A DNA stretch of 64,000 nt from Nemertoderma westbladi. Taxonomy: Eukaryota > Animalia > Xenacoelomorpha. The first letter of the stretch is position 1; each line of letters opens with the position of its first letter. A program made the translations under genes and the position numbers. The notes under the pieces are model-generated. The model saw nothing but the letters and a program-made list of their open reading frames with translations. It did no database searches and had not been told where the DNA came from. Location of the stretch: contig JAUCBJ010006245.1 in the NCBI GenBank assembly GCA_032718475.1, positions 1 to 64,000 on the forward strand, in the 5' to 3' direction. This document shows positions 1 to 11,600 of the stretch, one piece after another.

Positions 1-247
1 GATTTGTAGAAAAAAAATTTTTTAGGAGGGGGGGTCCGTATCACCAGAAAATAACCCAAACATTACGTGTCATTGTGTAATAATAATTGTAACTGTAATT
101 AATTGCTATAGTTTCGGAAGTAGGTTATATTCTGGAATTTGCCGATGCAATTAAGTCGCATAAACAATTGGGAATCTAATTTAAGCATCATTGGTAGGTT
201 TTTATCAGAATTAATTAAATTTATTTTAAAAAAAGTAGAAGCAGAAA

Positions 248-730
248 ATGTCAAGATGGCGCGAATCTTATAAAAATTCACGCACAACACCGCGGCGATT
301 CTACCCAAGCCAGCGCAGCCCTGTGGATCAAAAGGAAAGATATGATGATAAATGGAAGAAAGTTGAGAATTACCCGAAAGAATCAAAAGATGAAGCTGAC
401 GAATCATGGCAGAAAGAAGAGGACAAGCTTGAGTATCAATATGATGTTGAGGATAACTATAATGATGACGTTTCAACGAAAGAACCAGCGATGGATTATT
501 TAAAGAGAAAGATTGTAGGAATGTTTAAGTCAAGGAAGTTCTGGTTGGTCTTCGTACTGATTACCCTTATTATGACCAATGCGGCTACGTTGACGGGGTT
601 GGTGAACTTAATACGAAATTACATTACACGGAAAGCGGATCTGGAGAAGGGGGAATATAAAAATAAATTGAGAGACATTCAAGATATTTTAGAGGAATAT
701 ATGGATTCGGCAATGGACTGCGAAGCATAG
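248..730 (+). CDS. Hypothetical 160-aa protein: charged N-terminus, one hydrophobic helix, helical C-terminus
   Basis: Uninterrupted ORF in AT-rich DNA starting aaaATG; hydrophobic stretch FWLVFVLITLIMTNAATLTGLVNLI; family not recognised. Confidence 0.5.
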   Translation: MSRWRESYKNSRTTPRRFYPSQRSPVDQKERYDDKWKKVENYPKESKDEADESWQKEEDKLEYQYDVEDNYNDDVSTKEPAMDYLKRKIVGMFKSRKFWLVFVLITLIMTNAATLTGLVNLIRNYITRKADLEKGEYKNKLRDIQDILEEYMDSAMDCEA

Positions 731-938
731 GAAGACAATGTCGATACACTGGTCAACATATTAGACAATTTCGCTGCAGGTTCAGAAAAGTAAAGTACTC
801 GAACCTCCAACATTACAAGTAAACACAAACGGAACTGTTACCATATCAATATCAATAATAGTTAATTGTAAATATACACAGTTAGTAGTTATTGGTCCGG
901 CTAAACATTATAGAAGAGCACCGGTACCGGCGGTACTA

Positions 939-1107
939 CAGTAGCAGGCCTTTCGATTTTATTCAAGTAGTTTTTAAATATTAGCTAGCGAGGGGCCTAC
1001 TATACTTGGATGGAAATAGGCCTGCTACTTTAATAATAATTTATTTCTAAATGCAAATAAATAAAATTCAACAATAATAATGGTGACAAATAAAAGGCCT
1101 ACTACTG
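939..1107. mobile_element. MITE, Tc1/mariner type
   Basis: TIRs CAGTAGCAGGCCTTT / AAAGGCCTACTACTG, with TA on both sides (937-938, 1108-1109). Confidence 0.6.
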
Positions 1108-1314
1108 TACTGTACCAATACAGGTATAACAGTGTACCAGTAACTAAGTAACCAGCTTTTCAATAATTGCATTTAAACTCTTATTAATAAAATGTTTTTG
1201 GTTAGTCCGCCGGTCGAGGGTTTGACAATAAACACACATAGTAAAGCGTCTTGAGAAGTTGTAAAAATAACATACAGTAGGAAACTGTAAGTCAGTAGCG
1301 TCGTGTGGGTTGGG

Positions 1315-1316
<2 letters not shown>

Positions 1317-1345
<29 letters not shown>
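1317..1345 (+). repeat. Poly-G tract (about 29 nt)
   Basis: Read directly. Confidence 0.9.
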
Positions 1346-1348
<3 letters not shown>

Positions 1349-2034
1349 CGGACTCAAGAACCAGGATGGGCGCAAAACGGAACAAGTTGGAACATTTCTA
1401 TTAATATGAAGTGGAGAAAATTTGTTAAGCCATTGTACTGTAGCTTAATCATATTTTCAATGGCTAGGTTAGGATAACTGGGTAGATAAGGCTTAGTTTG
1501 TAAAGATTTTATATTCTAAATTATAAAAAAATTCTCAATTTATTGACGATTAATTACTTCAATAAATTACCACTATCATGGAAAGATGGATCTCGCGTAC
1601 TAATTCACAAATATACAATTAAATTTCCCTCTGATAATTAATCACTGACTATAGTATCCAATAGGTAAGCAGTATTTCATGTAAATAATTTTTGCAACGC
1701 ATATTAACTACTGTATTTACGTGGGGGCAAAAGTAGACTTTTTGTCGAGCGATATAAGAAAGCAAAACAAAAAATGTTACTTTTTTTCCACCACTTAAGT
1801 CGTTTTATTTGTTGTAAGTCTGTTACTTTACCTTCAAACTATACCGTCGATCCTGGCGAGTCTGGGATGAACTGTATAGCCAGCGGAGAGAGTGCACAAG
1901 CACTACCGTAACTGACATAGTCGAAGCCTATAGGGACACTGCTACTTCGCCCCCAAAGCTAAATAGTCGGTCCTGAGACGAACTAAGTAGCCAGTGGACA
2001 GAGTGCGCGAGCGCTGTGGGGCTACAGAGAGATC

Positions 2035-2243
2035 TGTCATCAGCGGTAATGTCTTACCTTCCCAGCAACCGCGAACCCGCTAAGGCCAGCCTGGGAAGAA
2101 AGAAGTCCAATATCTTGGAGCAGAGCTCACTTTAAGGCTAGTCAGCCAAAACACTGTCCTTGGCGGTAACGTCTTACTGTACCTTCCCAGCAACCGCTAA
2201 GGCCGGCCTTGGAAGAAAGAAGTCCAATACCTTGGAGCAGAGC
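2035..2243 (+). repeat. Degenerate tandem duplication, period about 120 bp
   Basis: gcggtaa.gtcttac..cttcccagcaaccgc..taaggcc.gcct.ggaagaaagaagtccaata.cttggagcagagc occurs twice. Confidence 0.75.
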
Positions 2244-2333
2244 CTAGTTTAGTTGCCGAGGCGGCCAACTATGAAGGCTGATTTGTGGGACTCACTTCTC
2301 CATCCGAATGTGGCCCCTTTTAAACCCGGTGTG

Positions 2334-4312
2334 GGGCAATTCCATCGTTACGGACTCACATTCATACGCAATTTTCGAATTTAATTGGCATATTTAATTA
2401 ATAACTTTACAATATAAATAACATTCACCTATGGTGGCTGATGGATTAATGGTACATCTTTACTTTGACTTATAAAAAAGAGTTGTATCTCATTTGATTC
2501 ATAGGATATTGTAAATATAGTGCCCGTTACGGACTCACATGCAAATGGACAAAGAAAAATTACCCAATTGTATTTTGACAAATTCTCTTGAAATGTTTAA
2601 CGCCATACGTTATAACTTTCACAATGCGAGGTAGATACATCAAATTTTGTAAATTTGTAAGTTAATAGCAGAAACATATGGTGATAAACCTCATTTATAG
2701 AGAAATTGTTCGTTACGGACTCACAGAAAAAAATGTTACGGACTCACACTTGAAATCGTTATGCACTCGTTATTTTGTTTAGAAAAAAAAGAGCAACGAC
2801 CAATGACTGTTTATGGTATTTATTCAATAAATATATTTATTGCTTATCTACCTTTCGCTTTCACAATGTACCTTATGCATCACTATTAGTTATATCTTTA
2901 GTAGTGTTCATATTTTGAGTAGGCATATTTGGTGTGTGTATAGTAGTGTATATTTAATATCCTATAAGTTCATATGACCATAATTTGTTAAAATGACCAA
3001 TTTCTAATTCTTTAACAACATAAATACCACGTTCACGGAAAATTTTTTATACTGGAAAATAAATTTTGAACAGTATTTCGTTGTATTTATGTTTTACGAT
3101 CACTACTATCACAGTACTTAAGTTATTCCACCTTGGCGTAGTTGGTTAAATCAGTGGCATTGAAATCACATCTCTCCTTGGGTCGTGGGTTCGATCCCAT
3201 CATGAGGGCTAGGGTAGTTTTCGTTTCGGCACGAATACTTTAAAGACAATAAAGAGACTTATTAGCCAGGGCGCATCTCTTCCTTCCGTAAATGGTAGCT
3301 AAATGAGAACTGGAGTTTCCTCTGGGGGAATATAGGAGGGGACCGCACTGGAAATATACACTTTATTATTGAGACTTTGTGCGTAATCCCTGGCCTAACT
3401 GACGATATGTTTTGTATCTCAATCCATCATTCGCTCACTCGTTTCATGAAATCTTGGCGAACTTCGAGTGTATCATACTATACCATCTTGGTCAGTAACT
3501 TCTGTCATCCGTGATATATGCCGTTTGGCCCTTTCGGCCCAGAAATGTGAGTATTAGACGTAAGAGACAGGATTAAACGGGCGCAATGAAGAATGTCGTA
3601 CATTAGGATGATGTATGAATGAATACGTTCGAATGTACTGTCGATGGACAATTGTCAGACTAAAAGGAGCTGAATACTTTCAGTTTACATAGTGAATAAT
3701 GTATACAAAGCAGAATGATTCTTACCTAACCTACCGCCTGGTGAGTCCGTAACGGAAAATTTGTGAGTCCGTAACGCTATTCTTAAACAGTTCAGCTGCA
3801 ATACAGACCATAGAGACCTAATGGATGGTTTTGATTGGTTGTAAACCCAAAGGAAAATGATTGTCAGTGCAATACACATGCGGGGTGTACTCCAAATTAA
3901 AACTTTAAGTACTTTTCGTTACGGACTCACATAATTCTGTAGGCCAAATCTAAAATTTTTGAAACATTGAATACACAATGCTATTCTGTCAATATTCAAA
4001 TTTTTATCATCAATAAGCTTCTAATAAATGTTGAATTTTCGGTTGGTGTAATTACCTGTCTTAATCAGACAATTTCAATGATAGTAAGATTATGTCAAAA
4101 ATGACATGTAATAATTTCTGCAAATTTGAAAATATGTAAAAAAATTTTCTCATATTCAATAATGAAAAACCAGTTGTTACCCTCAAAAAAATTAAGAATC
4201 CGTCACTTTTATTAAAAATTTCATTCTTTCTCGTCATTTTGATACCAAAATTATGCTGATTAGATGACTTTTTATTTTCGACATAAGTGTTACATCAATG
4301 GTGGAATTGCCC
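2334..4312. mobile_element. Non-autonomous DNA transposon, about 2 kb, 4-bp TSD (Sola2-like, tentative)
   Basis: TIR GGGCAATTCCA at both ends; TGTG duplicated at 2330-2333 and 4313-4316; seven internal GTTACGGACTCAC motifs in both orientations; no transposase ORF. Confidence 0.7.
3130..3370 (+). mobile_element. tRNA-derived SINE inside the DNA transposon
   Basis: Pol III A-box TGGCGTAGTTGG and B-box GGTTCGATCCC followed by a non-tRNA body and a short TTA-type tail. Confidence 0.55.
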
Positions 4313-4749
4313 TGTGGGGTCAATAAGAAGTTGACCCCTAATTATCACCTAAACACAGTTTGTCTTTCTTGTGCAGTGATTTTACGTTCAACCCATGTAA
4401 AATATAATTAATACTATTAAAAATAATAAATAATATAAAAAAAATATAAATAAATAAAAAATAATATTAATAGGTGAGTTATATAGAAAAGTGGAAAAAA
4501 GGTAAAAAAAAACAGTAAGTTACCTTCGGCCGTTAATCCTTGGATTACTACTCAGATGAGATTTCTACTCGTTTAGCTGCTATTTAGGGATTAAGTGGTC
4601 CAAGTCCCTGAATCTCGAAAAACAACCAACAGTCAAACAATATCAAAAGGATGTTGAATAAATTTAATGTATTCAATCATGGCCTTCTATATTATATTAA
4701 ATTCGTAAAAGATTGAACAAAAATAACATTTACATAAAATTAAACCGCT

Positions 4750-5220
4750 CCGGAATAGTGACATGCCCCACACCCCACCCTAATTTTATTTGACTAGTTT
4801 GATGGATATAAATAGTTTCACCTCCAGACCACTAAGTGGGTTAGCCAGAATGTTTATTTGCGTTTTCAATCTTTAGCAAATTCATGAACATTCGAATGCC
4901 CAAACTCAGCTTTTTCCCAACCAAATTACTGTAAGATGTTTTTACATATTTGGAATCCTTGCATGCTAGCTTTCTATATCAGATTTCAAATCCGGTGTAA
5001 TATTAACAGCGGTGTAACGGGTGCAATATCGACGGAGACACTTTTCTCAGACGTTTGTAGCTAAAGATTGACAGTGAAAATTACATTCATAGCTCACACA
5101 GGAAGCGAGGTGAAACTATCTTTGTTCAAATACCATCATGCAATATCATTAAGATTTGTAGAAATAGTTGGGGATGGGGGGTGGAGGATACCTGAATAAA
5201 GCACAATATTCCGTAGCATG
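4750..5220. repeat. Dispersed repeat with degenerate inverted arms (old MITE-like family)
   Basis: atagtttcacctc / caatctttagc at 4813-4877 is mirrored by gctaaagattg / gaggtgaaactat at 5060-5119; related sequence at 1-50 and 63770-64000. Confidence 0.55.
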
Positions 5221-5470
5221 GTATAAATTGCAAAATTGTTAAGTAAATAATAGAAATAGATTATCATATATTTACAAAGTGACATACTGTAAACAATAAA
5301 GACATGCACGCAATAAACTGTGTTTCAGTTAAAGTGAAAATATTTTCACGCTAAATTGAAAAAATAAAATAAAATATAAAAAAGGCTGAAAGAATTCAGC
5401 AATAATTTAAATTGAATGAAAATGAAATCAATGTATATGAATTCATTGATAATAAATATGAACGAACAGC

Positions 5471-5632
5471 TTAGAAGTCATCGTCCGAATCGCCAATAGG
5501 TAACGATTGTCTACGACGGACAGTGGGATTAAATCTATCGAGTTTAGCGTTAACTTCTTCTTCATCGTCGTCGTCTGTGGTAAATGATTCATTACCATCA
5601 TCGGCGATCTCGAAGTCACTTCCCGATTCCTC
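5471..5632 (-). CDS. CLUAP1: CLUAP1 terminal exon, distal variant
   Basis: ttacag|GAG...TTC TAA; encodes [53 protein letters not shown]; phase 0. Confidence 0.8.
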   Translation of the reverse strand, partial: EESGSDFEIADDGNESFTTDDDDEEEVNAKLDRFNPTVRRRQSLPIGDSDDDF

Positions 5633-8600
5633 CTGTAAGACAGATAAAACATTCTAACGAAATTTGGTATGCTGATCCTAGTGACTTTATTAGCTATCCC
5701 TCGCTACGCTCGTCTGTAAAATAATCCATTCGGAACAGCAAACTGTATATGAGTATATCGCTACTTTACACAAAAAGTATGTTTAAAATTACGATATTAA
5801 GCTTGTATACCACGTTGTATGTACTGCTAACTACCTAAAAGTCGTCATCTGAGTCGTTTGTGATTGGTTGGCGTTGTTTGAAAGTAGTTCTACTAGCAGC
5901 GGCTACCGGGTCCATCATTGATCCATCTATGTCGAGGTCTCCATCGTCACTGGAGTTGGTTAACGATAAATCCTAACGATAGAGTGTTAGTATGATAGAA
6001 AGTTAGTAATATTATTAAATGTAACATATTATTTGCAGTGAGTTAGTTAGTACATCTGTGTGACATTCTTGGCAACAAATGAACCCATACTGAATGTGGT
6101 ACTGTTTACTTACATCGTCGTCATCGGAACCACCCATCATGGACCCATACATCTGTCGTCCTTGTGGAATGGAACCACGGAGTTTCTTTACTAGAGCGGC
6201 TCGTCCTAAACAAATTAACGAGATAGATTTTAATGGGATATACGAGGGGAGACTTCATATGAAAGTTATTGTTCCTGTTGCTCCCCACTCCCACAACCAA
6301 CTCCCACCCAACCTACCTTTAGCATCAGCTCCCCACTCCCACAACCAACTCCCACCCAACCTACCTTTAGCATCAGCTCCCCACTCCCACAACCAACTCC
6401 CACCCAACCTACCTTTAGCATCAGGTCCCCACTCCCACAACCAACTCCCACCCAACCTACCTTTAGCATCAGCTCCCCACTCCCACAACCAACTCCCACC
6501 CAACCTACCTTTAGCATCAGCTCCCCACTCCCACAACCAACTCCCACCCAACCTACCTTTAGCATCAGCTCCCCACTCCCACAACCAACTCCCACCCAAC
6601 CTACCTTTAGCATCAGCTCCCCACTCCCACAACCAACTCCCACCCAACCTACCTTTAGCATCAGCTCCCCACTCCCACAACCAACTCCCACCCAACCTAC
6701 CTTTAGCATCAGCTCCCCACTCCCACAACCAACTCCCACCCAACCTACCTTTAGCATCAGCTCCCCACTCCCACAACCAACTCCCACCCAACCTACCTTT
6801 AGCATCAGCTCCCCACTCCCACAACCAACTCCCACCCAACCTACCTTTAGCATCAGCTCCCCACTCCCACAACCAACTCCCACCCAACCTACCTTTAGCA
6901 TCAGCTCCCCACTCCCACAACCAACTCCCACCCAACCTACCTTTAGCATCAGCTCCCCACTCCCACAACCAACTCCCACCCAACCTACCTTTAGCATCAG
7001 CTCCCCACTCCCACAACCAACTCCCACCCAACCTACCTTTAGCATCAGCTCCCCACTCCCACAACCAACTCCCACCCAACCTACCTTTAGCATCAGCTCC
7101 CCACTCCCACAACCAACTCCCACCCAACCTACCTTTAGCATCAGCTCCCCACTCCCACAACCAACTCCCACCCAACCTACCTTTAGCATCAGCTCCCCAC
7201 TCCCACAACCAACTCCCACCCAACCTACCTTTAGCATCAGCTCCCCACTCCCACAACCAACTCCCACCCAACCTACCTTTAGCATCAGCTCCCCACTCCC
7301 ACAACCAACTCCCACCCAACCTACCTTTAGCATCAGCTCCCCACTCCCACAACCAACTCCCACCCAACCTACCTTTAGCATCAGCTCCCCACTCCCACAA
7401 CCAACTCCCACCCAACCTACCTTTAGCATCAGCTCCCCACTCCCACAACCAACTCCCACCCAACCTACCTTTAGCATCAGCTCCCCACTCCCACAACCAA
7501 CTCCCACCCAACCTACCTTTAGCATCAGCTCCCCACTCCCACAACCAACTCCCACCCAACCTACCTTTAGCATCAGCTCCCCACTCCCACAACCAACTCC
7601 CACCCAACCTACCTTTAGCATCAGCTCCCCACTCCCACAACCAACTCCCACCCAACCTACCTTTAGCATCAGCTCCCCACTCCCACAACCAACTCCCACC
7701 CAACCTACCTTTAGCATCAGCTCCCCACTCCCACAACCAACTCCCACCCAACCTACCTTTAGCATCAGCTCCCCACTCCCACAACCAACTCCCACCCAAC
7801 CTACCTTTAGCATCAGCTCCCCACTCCCACAACCAACTCCCACCCAACCTACCTTTAGCATCAGCTCCCCCCTCCCACAACCAACTCCCACCCAACCTAC
7901 CTTTAGCATCAGCTCCCCACTCCCACAACCAACTCCCACCCAACCTACCTTTAGCATCAGCTCCCCACTCCCACAACCAACTCCCACCCAACCTACCTTT
8001 AGCATCAGCTCCCCACTCCCACAACCAACTCCCACCCAACCTACCTTTAGCATCAGCTCCCCCCTCCCACAACCAACTCCCACCCAACCTACCTTTAGCA
8101 TCAGCTCCCCCCTCCCACAACCAACTCCCACCCAACCTACCTTTAGCATCAGCTCCCCACTCCCACAACCAACTCCCACCCAACCTACCTTTAGCATCAG
8201 CTCCCCCTTCCCACAACCAACTCCCACCCAACCTACCTTTAGCATCAGCTCCCCCCTCCCACAACCAACTCCCACCCAACCTACCTTTAGCATCAGCTCC
8301 CCACTCCAACAACCAACTCCCACCCAACCTACCTTTAGCATCAGCTCCCCACTCCCACAACCAACTCCCACCCAACCTACCTTTAGCATCAGCTCCCCCC
8401 TCCCACAACCAACTCCCACCCAACCTACCTTTAGCATCAGCTCCCCACTCCAACAACCAACTCCCACCCAACCTACCTTTAGCATCAGCTCCCCACTCCC
8501 ACAACCAACTCCCACCCAACCTACCTTTAGCATCAGCTCCCCCCTCCCACAACCAACTCCCACCCAACCTACCTTTAGCATCAGCTCCCCACTCCAACAA

Positions 8601-11600
8601 CCAACTCCCACCCAACCTACCTTTAGCATCAGCTCCCCACTCCAACAACCAACTCCCACCCAACCTACCTTTAGCATCAGCTCCCCACTCCCACAACCAA
8701 CTCCCACCCAACCTACCTTTAGCATCAGCTCCCCACTCCAACAACCAACTCCCACCCAACCTACCTTTAGCATCAGCTCCCCACTCCCACAACCAACTCC
8801 CACCCAACCTACCTTTAGCATCAGCTCCCCACTCCCACAACCAACTCCCACCCAACCTACCTTTAGCATCAGCTCCCCACTCCAACAACCAACTCCCACC
8901 CAACCTACCTTTAGCATCAGCTCCCCACTCCAACAACCAACTCCCACCCAACCTACCTTTAGCATCAGCTCCCCACTCCAACAACCAACTCCCACCCAAC
9001 CTACCTTTAGCATCAGCTCCCCACTCCCACAACCAACTCCCACCCAACCTACCTTTAGCATCAGCTCCCCACTCCCACAACCAACTCCCACCCAACCTAC
9101 CTTTAGCATCAGCTCCCCACTCCCACAACCAACTCCCACCCAACCTACCTTTAGCATCAGCTCCCCACTCCCACAACCAACTCCCACCCAACCTACCTTT
9201 AGCATCAGCTCCCCACTCCCACAACCAACTCCCACCCAACCTACCTTTAGCATCAGCTCCCCACTCCCACAACCAACTCCCACCCAACCTACCTTTAGCA
9301 TCAGCTCCCCACTCCCACAACCAACTCCCACCCAACCTACCTTTAGCATCAGCTCCCCACTCCCACAACCAACTCCCACCCAACCTACCTTTAGCATCAG
9401 CTCCCCACTCCCACAACCAACTCCCACCCAACCTACCTTTAGCATCAGCTCCCCACTCCCACAACCAACTCCCACCCAACCTACCTTTAGCATCAGCTCC
9501 CCACTCCCACAACCAACTCCCACCCAACCTACCTTTAGCATCAGCTCCCCACTCCCACAACCAACTCCCACCCAACCTACCTTTAGCATCAGCTCCCCAC
9601 TCCCACAACCAACTCCCACCCAACCTACCTTTAGCATCAGCTCCCCACTCCCACAACCAACTCCCACCCAACCTACCTTTAGCATCAGCTCCCCACTCCC
9701 ACAACCAACTCCCACCCAACCTACCTTTAGCATCAGCTCCCCACTCCAACCTCCCTTTAGCATCAGCTCCCCACTCCCACAACCAACTCCCACCCAACCT
9801 ACCTTTAGCATCAGCTCCCCACTCCCACAACCAACTCCCACCCAACCTACCTTTAGCATCAGCTCCCCACTCCCACAACCAACTCCCACCCAACCTACCT
9901 TTAGCATCAGCTCCCCACTCCCACAACCAACTCCCACCCAACCTACCTTTAGCATCAGCTCCCCACTCCCACAACCAACTCCCACCCAACCTACCTTTAG
10001 CATCAGCTCCCCACTCCCACAACCAACTCCCACCCAACCTACCTTTAGCATCAGCTCCCCACTCCCACAACCAACTCCCACCCAACCTACCTTTAGCATC
10101 AGCTCCCCACTCCAACAACCAACTCCCACCCAACCTACCTTTAGCATCAGCTCCCCACTCCAACAACCAACTCCCACCCAACCTACCTTTAGCATCAGCT
10201 CCCCACTCCAACAACCAACTCCCACCCAACCTACCTTTAGCATCAGCTCCCCACTCCAACAACCAACTCCCACCCAACCTACCTTTAGCATCAGCTCCCC
10301 ACTCCACAACCAACTCCCACCCAACCTACCTTTAGCATCAGCTCCCCACTCCAACAACCAACTCCCACCCAACCTACCTTTAGCATCAGCTCCCCACTCC
10401 AACAACCAACTCCCACCCAACCTACCTTTAGCATCAGCTCCCCACTCCAACAACCAACTCCCACCCAACCTACCTTTAGCATCAGCTCCCCACTCCAACA
10501 ACCAACTCCCACCCAACCTACCTTTAGCATCAGCTCCCCACTCCCACAACCAACTCCCACCCAACCTACCTTTAGCATCAGCTCCCCACTCCCACAACCA
10601 ACTCCCACCCAACCTACCTTTAGCATCAGCTCCCCACTCCCACAACCAACTCCCACCCAACCTACCTTTAGCATCAGCTCCCCACTCCCACAACCAACTC
10701 CCACCCAACCTACCTTTAGCATCAGCTCCCCACTCCCACAACCAACTCCCACCCAACCTACCTTTAGCATCAGCTCCCCACTCCCACAACCAACTCCCAC
10801 CCAACCTACCTTTAGCATCAGCTCCCCACTCCCACAACCAACTCCCACCCAACCTACCTTTAGCATCAGCTCCCCACTCCCACAACCAACTCCCACCCAA
10901 CCTACCTTTAGCATCAGCTCCCCACTCCCACAACCAACTCCCACCCAACCTACCTTTAGCATCAGCTCCCCACTCCCACAACCAACTCCCACCCAACCTA
11001 CCTTTAGCATCAGCTCCCCACTCCCACAACCAACTCCCACCCAACCTACCTTTAGCATCAGCTCCCCACTCCCACAACCAACTCCCACCCAACCTACCTT
11101 TAGCATCAGCTCCCCACTCCCACAACCAACTCCCACCCAACCTACCTTTAGCATCAGCTCCCCACTCCAACCTCCCTTTAGCATCAGCTCCCCACTCCCA
11201 CAACCAACTCCCACCCAACCTACCTTTAGCATCAGCTCCCCACTCCCACAACCAACTCCCACCCAACCTACCTTTAGCATCAGCTCTCCACTCCCACAAC
11301 CAACTCCCACCCAACCTACCTTTAGCATCAGCTCTCCACTCCCACAACCAACTCCAACCCAACCTACCTTTAGCATCAGCTCTCCACTCCCACAACCAAC
11401 TCCCACCCAACCTACCTTTAGCATCAGCTCCCCACTCCAACCTCCCTTTAGCATCAGCTCCCCACTCCCACAACCAACTCCCACCCAACCTACCTTTAGC
11501 ATCAGCTCCCCACTCCCACAACCAACTCCCACCCAACCTACCTTTAGCATCAGCTCCCCACTCCCACAACCAACTCCCACCCAACCTACCTTTAGCATCA

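Noticed and set aside
1173-1385. Poly-proline ORF
   Set aside because: Translation of the poly-G tract.
3130-3205. Functional tRNA gene
   Set aside because: A and B boxes are present but I could not build a convincing cloverleaf; treated as a SINE head.
5443-5652. 69-aa ORF from the track
   Set aside because: Wrong frame; the coding frame is the spliced terminal exon at 5471-5632.
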